From: Candidatus Sulfidibacterium sp.
GTDB lineage: Bacteria; Bacteroidota; Bacteroidia; Bacteroidales; F082
Direction of reading: 5' to 3'
Assembly (NCBI GenBank): GCA_046706345.1
Contig: JBJKPL010000280.1
Location: 1 to 37,506 of the forward strand
DNA: 37,506 bases
The notes beneath the pieces were generated by a model. That model had not been told where the DNA came from. It worked only from the letters and a program-made list of their open reading frames with translations, and made no database searches. Both the position numbers and the translations under genes were made by a program. Shown one piece after another: positions 26,515 to 34,774 of this stretch (positions within the stretch are counted from its first letter, which is position 1; each line of letters starts with the position of its first letter).

Positions 26515-29289
26515 TTAATGCGCCTCCAGCCAGTTGCTGCCGGTGTTCATATCCACCTCAATCGGGATATCCAGTTCCATGGCGTGTTTCATTTTGTCCT
26601 CGACAAGGATTTTTACTGTGTCGATCTCTTCGTTGTGGACATCAAAAACAAGCTCATCGTGCACTTGCAGGATCATGCGGGATCGTAATTTTCTTTTCTG
26701 AAATTCTTTGAAAATGTTGATCATGGCCACTTTGATCATGTCGGCCGAAGAGCCCTGGATCGGGGCGTTGATGGCATTCCGTTCCGCATAACCGCGTACC
26801 ACGGCGTTGGCAGAATTGATGTCGCTGATATAGCGTCGTCGTCCCAGAATGGTCTCCACATAACCGGTTTTTTTTGCCGATTCCACGGTGCTTTTCATGT
26901 AAGCGTCGATGCCGGGATATTTTTCAAAATAGCTTTGGATGATCTCGGCGGCTTCCCGCCGCGAGATACCCAGCCGCTCCGACAAACCGAAAGCCGAGAT
27001 CCCATAAATGATCCCGAAGTTGACGGTCTTGGCCCTGCGGCGCATCTCTTTGGAGATTTCATGCGGTGGCAACCCGTAAACCCGTGATGCGGTGGCCGTG
27101 TGGATGTCCATGCTCTTCTGAAAAGCCTCCATCATATTATAATCCTTACTCAGATGGGCAATGATGCGCAGCTCGATCTGGGAATAATCGGCGGCCAGCA
27201 GTGTGTAATCGTTGTTGCGGGGGATGAAGGCTTTGCGGATCTCGCGGCCCCGTTCGGTGCGGATGGGGATGTTCTGCAAATTGGGATTGTTGGAACTCAA
27301 TCGGCCGGTGGCGGCCACTGCCTGGTTGTAAGAGGTATGGATGCGGCCGTCGCGCTGGTTCACCAGCTGCGGAAGTGCATCCACATAGGTGGATTTCAGC
27401 TTGGTCAGCGAACGGTATTCCAGGATCTTCTCGACGATGGGGTGACGGAAAGAGAGTTTCACCAGGATGTCTTCGCCGGTGGAATACTGACCGGTTTTGG
27501 TCTTTTTGGGTTTGTCGGAGATCCTGAGTTTGTCGAACAGAATTTCACCCAGTTGCTTGGGCGATGAAATGTTGAACTCTTCTCCTGCCAGTTCCCAAAT
27601 CTCCTTTTCCAGATCCCGTACTTCTTTCTCCAGCAAGTCGCCATAATCTTTCAATACGGGAATGTCCAGCTTCACCCCTTCGGTTTCCATGGAAGCCAGC
27701 ACCGGTACCAGGGGCATTTCGGTTTCTTCGAAGAGCTTCATCGCACCGCTTTCCTTCAGCAGCGGTTCCAGCACGTGCCGGAGTTGCCAGGTGATGTCGG
27801 CGTCTTCGGCTGCATATTCCTTGATAATATCGGTTTCCACCGTCCGCATGCTGAGCTGTTTGCTGCCTTTTTTCCCGATCAGCTCTTCGATGGCCACAGG
27901 TTTGTAGTTCAGATATTTTTCCGACAGATAGTCCATGTTGTGCCGCTGGTCGGGTTCGAGCAGATAATGGGCAATCATGGTGTCAAAAAGCCGTCCTTTT
28001 ACCTGAACATCGTACCACTGCAGCATGGAGATATCGAATTTGATGTTCTGACCGGTTTTGGCAATGGCTTCGTTCTCGAAGATTTCCTTGAAAATCGCCA
28101 CCGTTTTTACGGCTTCATTGTAGGTCTCCGAAATGGGAATATAATAGGCTTCGTGGGGTTTGAAACAAAACGACATCCCCACCAGCTCGGCGGTATTGGG
28201 ATCGAGGCCGGTGGTTTCCGTATCGAAACAAAAATCTTTTTGCTTCGACAGGGTAGCAGCCAATGATTTGGCTTTCTCAGGCGTGTCGATGAAATGATAC
28301 TGGTGCGGGGTGTTGTGGATGTCTTTCATCCCGGAGTCTTTTTCCTCCGGCATTTCGAACGTAAAATTCAGCTCCGGACCGGCATCCTCCGTGGGACCGT
28401 TTTCCAGCGAAAGCTGGGTAAAAAACCGTTTGGCAAAGGTCCGGAATTCCAGCTCGTCGAAAAGCTTCTTCAGGGCTTCGACATCAGGAGCCGAAACACG
28501 CAGGTCCTCTTCATCGAAATCTACCGGGGCATCCAGCAGGATTGTGGCTAGCTGCTTTGACTGAATTGCCTGTTCGGAGAAGGCTTCCAGATTTTCCTTC
28601 AGTTTGCCTTTGAGTTTATCGGTGTTTTTCAGCAGGTTTTCCACGGACCCGAACTCCCCGATGAGCTTGGCGGCGGTTTTTTCGCCTACGCCCGGTACGC
28701 CGGGAATGTTGTCTACCGCATCGCCCCAAAGGCCCAGAATTACGATGAACTGTTCCGGCTTTTCGATACCATATCGCTGGCAGACTTCCTTCACTCCCAT
28801 GACCTCCGGTTTCTGACCGCCTTTGGCCGGTTTGTAAAGGAAAATATGGTCCGAAACCAGCTGTCCGAAGTCTTTGTCGGGTGTCATCATGTAAGTGGTA
28901 AAACCGTCCTGCTCGGCTTTTTTCGCCAGGGTACCGATCACGTCGTCGGCTTCGTATCCATCGGCCAGCACGATGGGGATGTTCATGCCTTTAATGAGCT
29001 CCATTACGTAAGGGATGGAAGCGGCCAGGTCTTCGGGCATTTTTTCGCGGTTGGCTTTGTAATCGGCGAAATCTTCGTGGCGCTGCGTCGGAGCCTGGGT
29101 GTCGAAAGCCACGGCAATATGAGTAGGCTGCTCTTTTTTCAGGATCTCCAGCAAGGTGTTGGCAAATCCCAAAATGGCAGAAGTATTTTGTCCTTTGGAA
29201 TTGATCTGCGGGTTGCGGCTCATGGCAAAGAAAGCACGGTAGATGAGCGCCATGGCGTCCAACAGAAAAAGTTTCTTTTGTTCAGGCAT
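26515..29289 (-). CDS. polA: DNA polymerase I
   Basis: 5'-3' exonuclease (LLDAMALIYRAF, YKANR, GYEADD, GDAVDNIPGV), 3'-5' exonuclease (FDTETT, YAAEDAD), polymerase motifs ADYSQIELR, AKTVNFGIIYG, LQVHDEL. Confidence 0.98.
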   Translation of the reverse strand: MPEQKKLFLLDAMALIYRAFFAMSRNPQINSKGQNTSAILGFANTLLEILKKEQPTHIAVAFDTQAPTQRHEDFADYKANREKMPEDLAASIPYVMELIKGMNIPIVLADGYEADDVIGTLAKKAEQDGFTTYMMTPDKDFGQLVSDHIFLYKPAKGGQKPEVMGVKEVCQRYGIEKPEQFIVILGLWGDAVDNIPGVPGVGEKTAAKLIGEFGSVENLLKNTDKLKGKLKENLEAFSEQAIQSKQLATILLDAPVDFDEEDLRVSAPDVEALKKLFDELEFRTFAKRFFTQLSLENGPTEDAGPELNFTFEMPEEKDSGMKDIHNTPHQYHFIDTPEKAKSLAATLSKQKDFCFDTETTGLDPNTAELVGMSFCFKPHEAYYIPISETYNEAVKTVAIFKEIFENEAIAKTGQNIKFDISMLQWYDVQVKGRLFDTMIAHYLLEPDQRHNMDYLSEKYLNYKPVAIEELIGKKGSKQLSMRTVETDIIKEYAAEDADITWQLRHVLEPLLKESGAMKLFEETEMPLVPVLASMETEGVKLDIPVLKDYGDLLEKEVRDLEKEIWELAGEEFNISSPKQLGEILFDKLRISDKPKKTKTGQYSTGEDILVKLSFRHPIVEKILEYRSLTKLKSTYVDALPQLVNQRDGRIHTSYNQAVAATGRLSSNNPNLQNIPIRTERGREIRKAFIPRNNDYTLLAADYSQIELRIIAHLSKDYNMMEAFQKSMDIHTATASRVYGLPPHEISKEMRRRAKTVNFGIIYGISAFGLSERLGISRREAAEIIQSYFEKYPGIDAYMKSTVESAKKTGYVETILGRRRYISDINSANAVVRGYAERNAINAPIQGSSADMIKVAMINIFKEFQKRKLRSRMILQVHDELVFDVHNEEIDTVKILVEDKMKHAMELDIPIEVDMNTGSNWLEAH

Positions 29290-29307
29290 AATTTAATCAT
29301 TAAAAAA

Positions 29308-29315
29308 CAAAAGTA
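29308..29315 (-). promoter_or_regulatory. -7 promoter box for polA
   Basis: Minus-strand TACTTTTG, 18 nt before ATG 29289. Confidence 0.55.
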
Positions 29316-29491
29316 ATCAAAATGGATGCACTTTGAGACTCCTATTCCAGAGGTTTACTGCATTGAAGAAAGGCGAATTGTTGCAAATATGTGTTTTTTT
29401 TTTTTCTTTGTGGTACCAAAGCCAAAATGAAATATCCTTCCGACCCTTTTCGATCCCAAGGATTTTATGTATGAACTGAAAATCAGAAATT

Positions 29492-30166
29492 ATGAAAAAG
29501 ACAATTTCCATTTTTATTTTTTTGGTGTTCCCTTTCTTCGCCAAAGCGCAATGGTCGGCTTATGCCCGGATTGGAGCCGGTTTCGCAGGGGAAACCATCA
29601 ACGAATCTGTCTTGCTGATGCCGGATTACAACACTTTTAAACCCTATCTCTCCTCGAGCGCCCTGGGTTATTCTTTTCAGGGCGGACTGGATGTAAATTA
29701 TTTTTTCTCCACCCGCTTTGGCCTGGCATCCGGATTGGATTACAACTATGCGAAATGTCCCGGCGAGGTATTGCTTGTGGCGGGGGACTTTTATAGCAAT
29801 CCGCATTCGGAAGCCCTGAAGATCCCCCTGAGTCTGCTCTGGTCGCCGGGAAAGCGACATCGTTCCCTTCTGAGACTGGGATTGTCGGCAAACTTTGGCC
29901 TGATGTACAATGCCCCTGGCATTACCGGTTCCATCTTATGGTACAATTATTATTTCTGGGGTGTGCAGATTGGATACGCCCGCCGGTGGGGCGATCGTTT
30001 CCGTCTGGGGCTGCTGTGGCAAAGGAATCTGAACTGGTATATGGAAGAAATAGCCGGCCATGCCGGGACGGATGTGGGTTCCGGAACCTTGTTTGCCAAA
30101 CACTATTTTTCAAACCTGATGATCACGGTGAGCTACCGGCTGCTGGGAGGGAAAGGAAAAAAATAA
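29492..30166 (+). CDS. Hypothetical outer-membrane beta-barrel protein (PorT/OMP_b-brl-like)
   Basis: Signal peptide (AKA|Q), alternating aromatic/Gly strands (GYSFQGGLDVNYF, FGLASGLDYN, LKIPLSL, GVQIGY), terminal strand ITVSYRL. Confidence 0.7.
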   Translation: MKKTISIFIFLVFPFFAKAQWSAYARIGAGFAGETINESVLLMPDYNTFKPYLSSSALGYSFQGGLDVNYFFSTRFGLASGLDYNYAKCPGEVLLVAGDFYSNPHSEALKIPLSLLWSPGKRHRSLLRLGLSANFGLMYNAPGITGSILWYNYYFWGVQIGYARRWGDRFRLGLLWQRNLNWYMEEIAGHAGTDVGSGTLFAKHYFSNLMITVSYRLLGGKGKK

Positions 30167-30199
30167 ATGGCCATATTTTTCCGCTGTTTTCCTCTTGCA

Positions 30200-30283
30200 G
30201 GACTTCGTCAGCTTCAGATATTGCCTGGTTAGCGCTGGGTAGTCTTTCGTTAATGTTGGGTAACGCATAGTTGGCTTATGGTA
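30200..30283. repeat. Degenerate 21-bp tandem repeats, block A (4 units)
   Basis: ggacttcgtcagcttcagata|ttgcctggttagcgctgggta|gtctttcgttaatgttgggta|acgcatagttggcttatggta. Confidence 0.6.
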
Positions 30284-30330
30284 ATCGGGGCATTTCTTAA
30301 CCAGGGTTGGGCCACCGGCAACCCCGTCCA

Positions 30331-30477
30331 GGAAATTGTCAACTACAGCCTGGCGAGCGTTAACTACACCCGGGAAAATATCATCTGACGTTGGGAAATT
30401 GTTAACTACACGTTGGAAATCTTCAACTATAGTTGAGAAAATGTCATCTGCTACCGGGAAATGATCATCGGCGACCT
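30331..30477. repeat. Degenerate 21-bp tandem repeats, block B (7 units)
   Basis: ggaaattgtcaactacagcct|ggcgagcgttaactacacccg|ggaaaatatcatctgacgttg|ggaaattgttaactacacgtt|ggaaatcttcaactatagttg|agaaaatgtcatctgctaccg|ggaaatgatcatcggcgacct. Confidence 0.85.
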
Positions 30478-30519
30478 GATCACCATGGTCTTTCCATTTT
30501 TCAGACCGGTCAAAACCTC

Positions 30520-30549
30520 ACCTTTCAGGTTGAATAAAACCTGAAAGGT
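30520..30549. repeat. Perfect 12-bp inverted repeat (terminator-like or REP-like hairpin) after the 30556-30915 gene
   Basis: ACCTTTCAGGTT-gaataa-AACCTGAAAGGT, 6 nt after the stop; no U-tract directly adjacent. Confidence 0.65.
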
Positions 30550-30555
30550 CCATTA

Positions 30556-30915
30556 TTATTCCTTAACGAATTCCTGCAACGAGGTTACCGTTTTTTTCAG
30601 ATCGGTGATCATGCCGTCCAGATGAGACATCTTACCCTGAGAGTCTATGGTGAAGGATTGCTTTGACAAATCTTTGGTGTGGGAGGAACCCTTATATTGT
30701 ATCTTGATTTCAATGGTTGCGTCCGGTGCCGTTCCGTCAAAAAAATGGCGGATCATATCCCAGGAAATGTTGGCGAGCTGTTCGGCATTGTTGAATGTTA
30801 ACGCTACTGTTTTAACGGATTTTTTTGAGCTTTTTTGCAATGCGTTTTCAGCGGTAAGCTGGAGGCCGGAAAACAAAAACATCAAAGTAAAGGAGAGAAG
30901 GATCAACTTTTTCAT
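30556..30915 (-). CDS. Hypothetical secreted protein
   Basis: MKKLILLSFTLMFLFSGLQLTA signal peptide, own promoter and downstream hairpin; family not recognised. Confidence 0.75.
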   Translation of the reverse strand: MKKLILLSFTLMFLFSGLQLTAENALQKSSKKSVKTVALTFNNAEQLANISWDMIRHFFDGTAPDATIEIKIQYKGSSHTKDLSKQSFTIDSQGKMSHLDGMITDLKKTVTSLQEFVKE

Positions 30916-30952
30916 GGCAGTAGAATTTTGGGTTATTAATTGTATATCAGGC

Positions 30953-30985
30953 CAAAGGTAACAAAACAGCCCAAAAACCGCAAAT
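30953..30985 (-). promoter_or_regulatory. Sigma-A promoter for the 30556-30915 gene
   Basis: Minus-strand TTTG (30985-30982), 21-nt spacer, TACCTTTG (30960-30953). Confidence 0.65.
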
Positions 30986-30990
30986 TTTTG

Positions 30991-30998
30991 TATTTTTG
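30991..30998 (+). promoter_or_regulatory. -7 promoter box for the 31074-31670 gene (back-to-back with the divergent promoter)
   Basis: TATTTTTG; the ORF-track TTG start (30996) is part of this box. Confidence 0.5.
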
Positions 30999-31073
30999 AA
31001 AGAACCCAATGTAAAATCCTTTGTGACCTTCTTTAATTCCGGAGGATTTCATTTTAAACCAAAATCAGCAAAG

Positions 31074-31670
31074 ATGAAAAAAGCACTCCTTATTTTATCC
31101 GTCATGATGATGGCGGCCTTAGTTCAGGCTCAAAATCTGGAAAACGGACCAAATGATCCCGACAAGAATACCGGCCTGTTTGGTATCATCCAGGGTTCTT
31201 ACCTGAAAAACTACAGTGTCATTCATAGTATCTCGGGACAATATTCGTCCGATACAAAACTGGATGCAAGCCAATCCAAAGCCTTCAGTTTAAATGTGCT
31301 GACGGGCTATTATGTCATCCCCAAAAGATTGTCCTTAGGACTTGGATTTGGGCTCGATGGCTACAGCAATCCGGATATGAACACGGCTCCACTTTACGGC
31401 GATCTGCGTTTTTACCTGACCTCAGAACGACATATTCCGTTTGTTTATTTTGATTACGGTAGCCTGGTCAAATTCGGCGAAACGTTTCACAAAGGCCAGC
31501 TGCTGAAATTCGGAACGGGATATAAGTTTTTTGTCAGCGAAAAGCTGTGCATGACGGCGGATATTGGCTTTGCCTTTAAATCGGTTTCCTATACCGATCA
31601 GGCGATCAGCCCGAAAGATGCCATTTTTGTGAAAGGGGTGGCCTTTACCGTGGGATTCTTTTTGTTTTGA
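31074..31670 (+). CDS. Hypothetical outer-membrane beta-barrel protein
   Basis: Start at ATG 31074 (MKKALLILSVMMMAALVQA signal peptide); LSLGLGFGLD, PLYGDLRFY, GTGYKF strands; C-terminal aromatic FTVGFFLF. Confidence 0.78.
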   Translation: MKKALLILSVMMMAALVQAQNLENGPNDPDKNTGLFGIIQGSYLKNYSVIHSISGQYSSDTKLDASQSKAFSLNVLTGYYVIPKRLSLGLGFGLDGYSNPDMNTAPLYGDLRFYLTSERHIPFVYFDYGSLVKFGETFHKGQLLKFGTGYKFFVSEKLCMTADIGFAFKSVSYTDQAISPKDAIFVKGVAFTVGFFLF

Positions 31671-33779
31671 TTACGAGATCCTTGCCCAATCGGTCTTTCC
31701 CTTCAACCGTTGACTCATTTCATGCCGAAGCAACCGGTTTTCTTCTCTTTGCAACCGCGGATCTTCCTCCAGAATGGCCGTCGCAATTTCCCGGGTGAAA
31801 GCGATCAACTCGCCGTCTTTGGCCAGGTTGGCAATGTGAAAGTCGAGCATGCCCGATTGTTGCGTTCCCTGAAGGTCTCCGGGGCCGCGCAATTTCAGGT
31901 CCTCTTCGGCAATGCGGAATCCATCGTTGGTTTCCACCATGATGCCCAGCCTTTTTTTGCCTTCGTTGGAGAGTTTGTTTCCCGACATCAGCACGCACCA
32001 CGACTGGTCGCCGCCGCGCCCCACGCGCCCACGAAGCTGATGCAGCTGTGACAGGCCGAAACGTTCGGCGTTTTCGATGACCATCACCGACGCATTGGGG
32101 ACATCCACACCGACCTCGATCACGGTGGTGGAGATCATGATGTCCGTTTTGCCTTCGATGAAGCGTTTCATCTCGAAATCTTTTTCTTCCGCTGTGAGCC
32201 TGCCGTGCACCACGCTGATCTGATAATCCGGAAGGGGAAAGTCTCTGCGCATGTTTTCGATGCCGTCTTCCAGGTTTTTCAGATCCAGTTTTTCCGATTC
32301 CTTGATCAGCGGATAGACCACATAGATCTGCCGCCCCTGCTTGATCTGGTCGCGCATGAAACCGATCACGCGCAAGCGTTTGGAATCAAAATAATGAACG
32401 GTTTTGATCGGCTTGCGACCGGGCGGCAATTCGTCGATGACGGAAACATCCAGGTTGCCGTAAAGCGTCATGGCCAGCGTGCGCGGGATGGGTGTGGCCG
32501 TCATCACCAGCACATGGGGCGGGATCTTGTTCTTCTTCCAAAGCTTCGCGCGCTGGGCCACACCAAACCGGTGCTGCTCGTCGATGACCACCAGGCCGAG
32601 GTTGTCGAAATTCACCGTGTCCTCGATCAGTGCATGCGTCCCCACCAGGATGTTCAGCGAGTGTTCTTCCAGCCCGTTGTGGATCTCTTTCCGCTGTTTG
32701 GTTTTGGTGGAACCGGTTAGCAATTCAACCCTCACCGGCATGTCTTTTAAAAAGGTGTTCAGGGTGTTGTAATGCTGGTTTGCCAGGATCTCCGTAGGCG
32801 CCATCATGGCCGCCTGAAAGCCGTTGTCGATGGCAATGAGCATGCTCATCAGGGCCACCAGCGTTTTGCCGCTGCCCACATCGCCCTGCAACATGCGATT
32901 CATCTGTTTTCCGCTTTTGATGTCGGCCCGGATCTCCCGGATCACTTTTTTTTGGGCACCGGTCAGTTCAAAAGGAAGATACTGATTGAAAAAAGTATTG
33001 AACGTGTCGCCGACTTTTTCAAAAACATGGCCCGGAACCTTTCCGGCAGTCACGATTTTCTGCAGCAGCAGTTCAAACTGAAGGAACAGCAGCTCCTCGA
33101 ATTTCAGCCGCCGGACCGCTTTGTCGATCATCTCGGGTTTTTCGGGGAAGTGGATGTTGATCAGCGCTTGTCGGTGGCTCATCAGCCGGTGCTTTTTGAC
33201 CAGGTACTCCGGCAGGTTTTCAACAAATTCCTGATGGCTGATGTTGATCAGGACGCGCATCAGCTTGCTGATGCCCTTGCTTCCCAGTCCCGCATTTTTA
33301 AGCTTGTCGGTGGTGGAGTAGATGCCTTCCAGCCGGTTTCCGGCGAGATCTTCGTTTTGCTCGGGCGTGACGTCTTCCACTTCGGGATGTACGAAGTTGA
33401 ATCGGTTTTGAAAGACGGAAGGCTTTCCGAAGATCAGGTATTCCTTGTCGGGAGCAAAGCGGTTTTTGATCCACTGCAGGCCACGGAACCAAAGCAATTC
33501 GATGGTTCCCGATTCATCGGTCAGCCAGGCGGAAATGTGCTTTGCCCGTTTTTCGCCGATCACCTGCAGGTTCGAGATCTTTCCTCTTAGCAGAAAATAA
33601 GTCGAGTCGGTGGTGATGTCTTTGACTTTGTATATCTTGCTCTTGTCCACATAACGGAAAGGGAAATGGTACAGCAGGTCGCCGTAAGTGCGGATATTGA
33701 ATTCCTTCTGAAGCAGTTCCGCCCGGTGGGGACCCACTCCTTTCAGGTAGGTTATGGGAGTATCCAAAATGTTGTGCAT
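31671..33779 (-). CDS. recG: ATP-dependent DNA helicase RecG
   Basis: LKGVGP, FPFRY, QGDVGSGKT, MAPTEILA, DEQHRFG, MTATPIPRT, QLHQLRGRVGRG, DLKLRGPG. Start ATG 33779; the ORF-track TTG is inside the promoter box. Confidence 0.97.
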   Translation of the reverse strand: MHNILDTPITYLKGVGPHRAELLQKEFNIRTYGDLLYHFPFRYVDKSKIYKVKDITTDSTYFLLRGKISNLQVIGEKRAKHISAWLTDESGTIELLWFRGLQWIKNRFAPDKEYLIFGKPSVFQNRFNFVHPEVEDVTPEQNEDLAGNRLEGIYSTTDKLKNAGLGSKGISKLMRVLINISHQEFVENLPEYLVKKHRLMSHRQALINIHFPEKPEMIDKAVRRLKFEELLFLQFELLLQKIVTAGKVPGHVFEKVGDTFNTFFNQYLPFELTGAQKKVIREIRADIKSGKQMNRMLQGDVGSGKTLVALMSMLIAIDNGFQAAMMAPTEILANQHYNTLNTFLKDMPVRVELLTGSTKTKQRKEIHNGLEEHSLNILVGTHALIEDTVNFDNLGLVVIDEQHRFGVAQRAKLWKKNKIPPHVLVMTATPIPRTLAMTLYGNLDVSVIDELPPGRKPIKTVHYFDSKRLRVIGFMRDQIKQGRQIYVVYPLIKESEKLDLKNLEDGIENMRRDFPLPDYQISVVHGRLTAEEKDFEMKRFIEGKTDIMISTTVIEVGVDVPNASVMVIENAERFGLSQLHQLRGRVGRGGDQSWCVLMSGNKLSNEGKKRLGIMVETNDGFRIAEEDLKLRGPGDLQGTQQSGMLDFHIANLAKDGELIAFTREIATAILEEDPRLQREENRLLRHEMSQRLKGKTDWARIS

Positions 33780-33785
33780 ACCTGA

Positions 33786-33793
33786 CAAAGGTA
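33786..33793 (-). promoter_or_regulatory. -7 promoter box for recG
   Basis: Minus-strand TACCTTTG, ending 6 nt before ATG 33779. Confidence 0.6.
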
Positions 33794-33867
33794 AAAAACC
33801 TGGGGTTTATAAAGCGCACTTCCGCCAGGTAAAGTGACGAAAGTTAGAAGGGCGGGCGATGACTGTA

Positions 33868-33905
33868 AACAAAAAGAGCCGCCCATTCGGGGCGACTCTT
33901 TTGTT
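33868..33905 (-). terminator. Rho-independent terminator of the gld operon
   Basis: Minus-strand RNA AAAAGAGUCGCCC-cgaau-GGGCGGCUCUUUUUG. The single non-Watson-Crick pair is U-G only in this orientation. Confidence 0.85.
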
Positions 33906-33913
33906 GTTTGAGA

Positions 33914-34759
33914 TCAATACTGCCATAGGTATTCTTCGAAGTCAAACATCTGTTGCTGTATTCGCTGCGATTCCAGCAATGCGTTGACTCCGCTGGCATA
34001 GTTCGAAATCCGGCGGTCATACTGGTTTTGCTCCTTATAGATGTAACTGTCGAACAGGCGTTTGATAAAGATGTCGTCGTAGCTGAGGCGCATGGCCGAA
34101 TTCTCGGGATTAAACGCCAGGGCTTGCGCCAATACTTTGCGCGACTGGGGATAGGAGATCCAGAACAAGGGGGTCGGCACCAGCTGGCCATCGTGTTCGG
34201 TCATGATCACGGGGCAGAGCGCTTCGATCCGGACCAGCATTTGAGAACGTTGTTTGTCGAAATACCAGTCTTCCTTGATACGCAAACGCATCACCTTGCT
34301 GGGATCAAACTGGGTAACGATGGTCGTATCGTATTCGTTGTAAGGAGGGTTTGACCGTCTCATCACGCGGTGGATGGTATCCGTCTGGGAAGCCATGATT
34401 TCCTGGTAAGTAATGGGCACCAGCAATTCGTCCGTGGCTGAAATCTGATAGGCCGTAATTTTCCCTTGCTTTAACGCATCCAGGATGATGGTAATAAAAG
34501 ATTTCCAGTTCTGGTGCGGGGTCACGGGATAATAAAACTCCTGGTTCATTTTCTGACGAAAGTCGATCTCACGCCAGATCCTCTTAGACCACATGATGTC
34601 CGCTTTCCTTACGGAAGGGAGTGGAATCGGCGTTTTATGTATGATCCCCTGGTCCTTGTACAAACCGTCAACCGGCGTCTCGGCAGTGATCTGTGCCTTC
34701 AGCAGCGCCGGGCTCAGGAGCAGCATCATCGACAGTATGTAAAGTGTTATCTTTTTCAT
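33914..34759 (-). CDS. gldN: T9SS/gliding motility ring protein GldN (PorN)
   Basis: VRKADIMWSKRIWREIDFRQKMN, IKEDWYFDKQRS, PLFWISYP, FEEYLWQY; follows gldM. Confidence 0.93.
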   Translation of the reverse strand: MKKITLYILSMMLLLSPALLKAQITAETPVDGLYKDQGIIHKTPIPLPSVRKADIMWSKRIWREIDFRQKMNQEFYYPVTPHQNWKSFITIILDALKQGKITAYQISATDELLVPITYQEIMASQTDTIHRVMRRSNPPYNEYDTTIVTQFDPSKVMRLRIKEDWYFDKQRSQMLVRIEALCPVIMTEHDGQLVPTPLFWISYPQSRKVLAQALAFNPENSAMRLSYDDIFIKRLFDSYIYKEQNQYDRRISNYASGVNALLESQRIQQQMFDFEEYLWQY

Positions 34760-34774
34760 CACCGTATGATAATT

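Noticed and set aside
30200-30477. Possible CRISPR array
   Set aside because: Units are contiguous degenerate 21-mers with no constant repeat plus unique spacer structure, and no cas genes are present.
31668-31673. Zero-gap convergent stops of the beta-barrel gene and recG
   Set aside because: Ordinary compaction; no further structure is visible.
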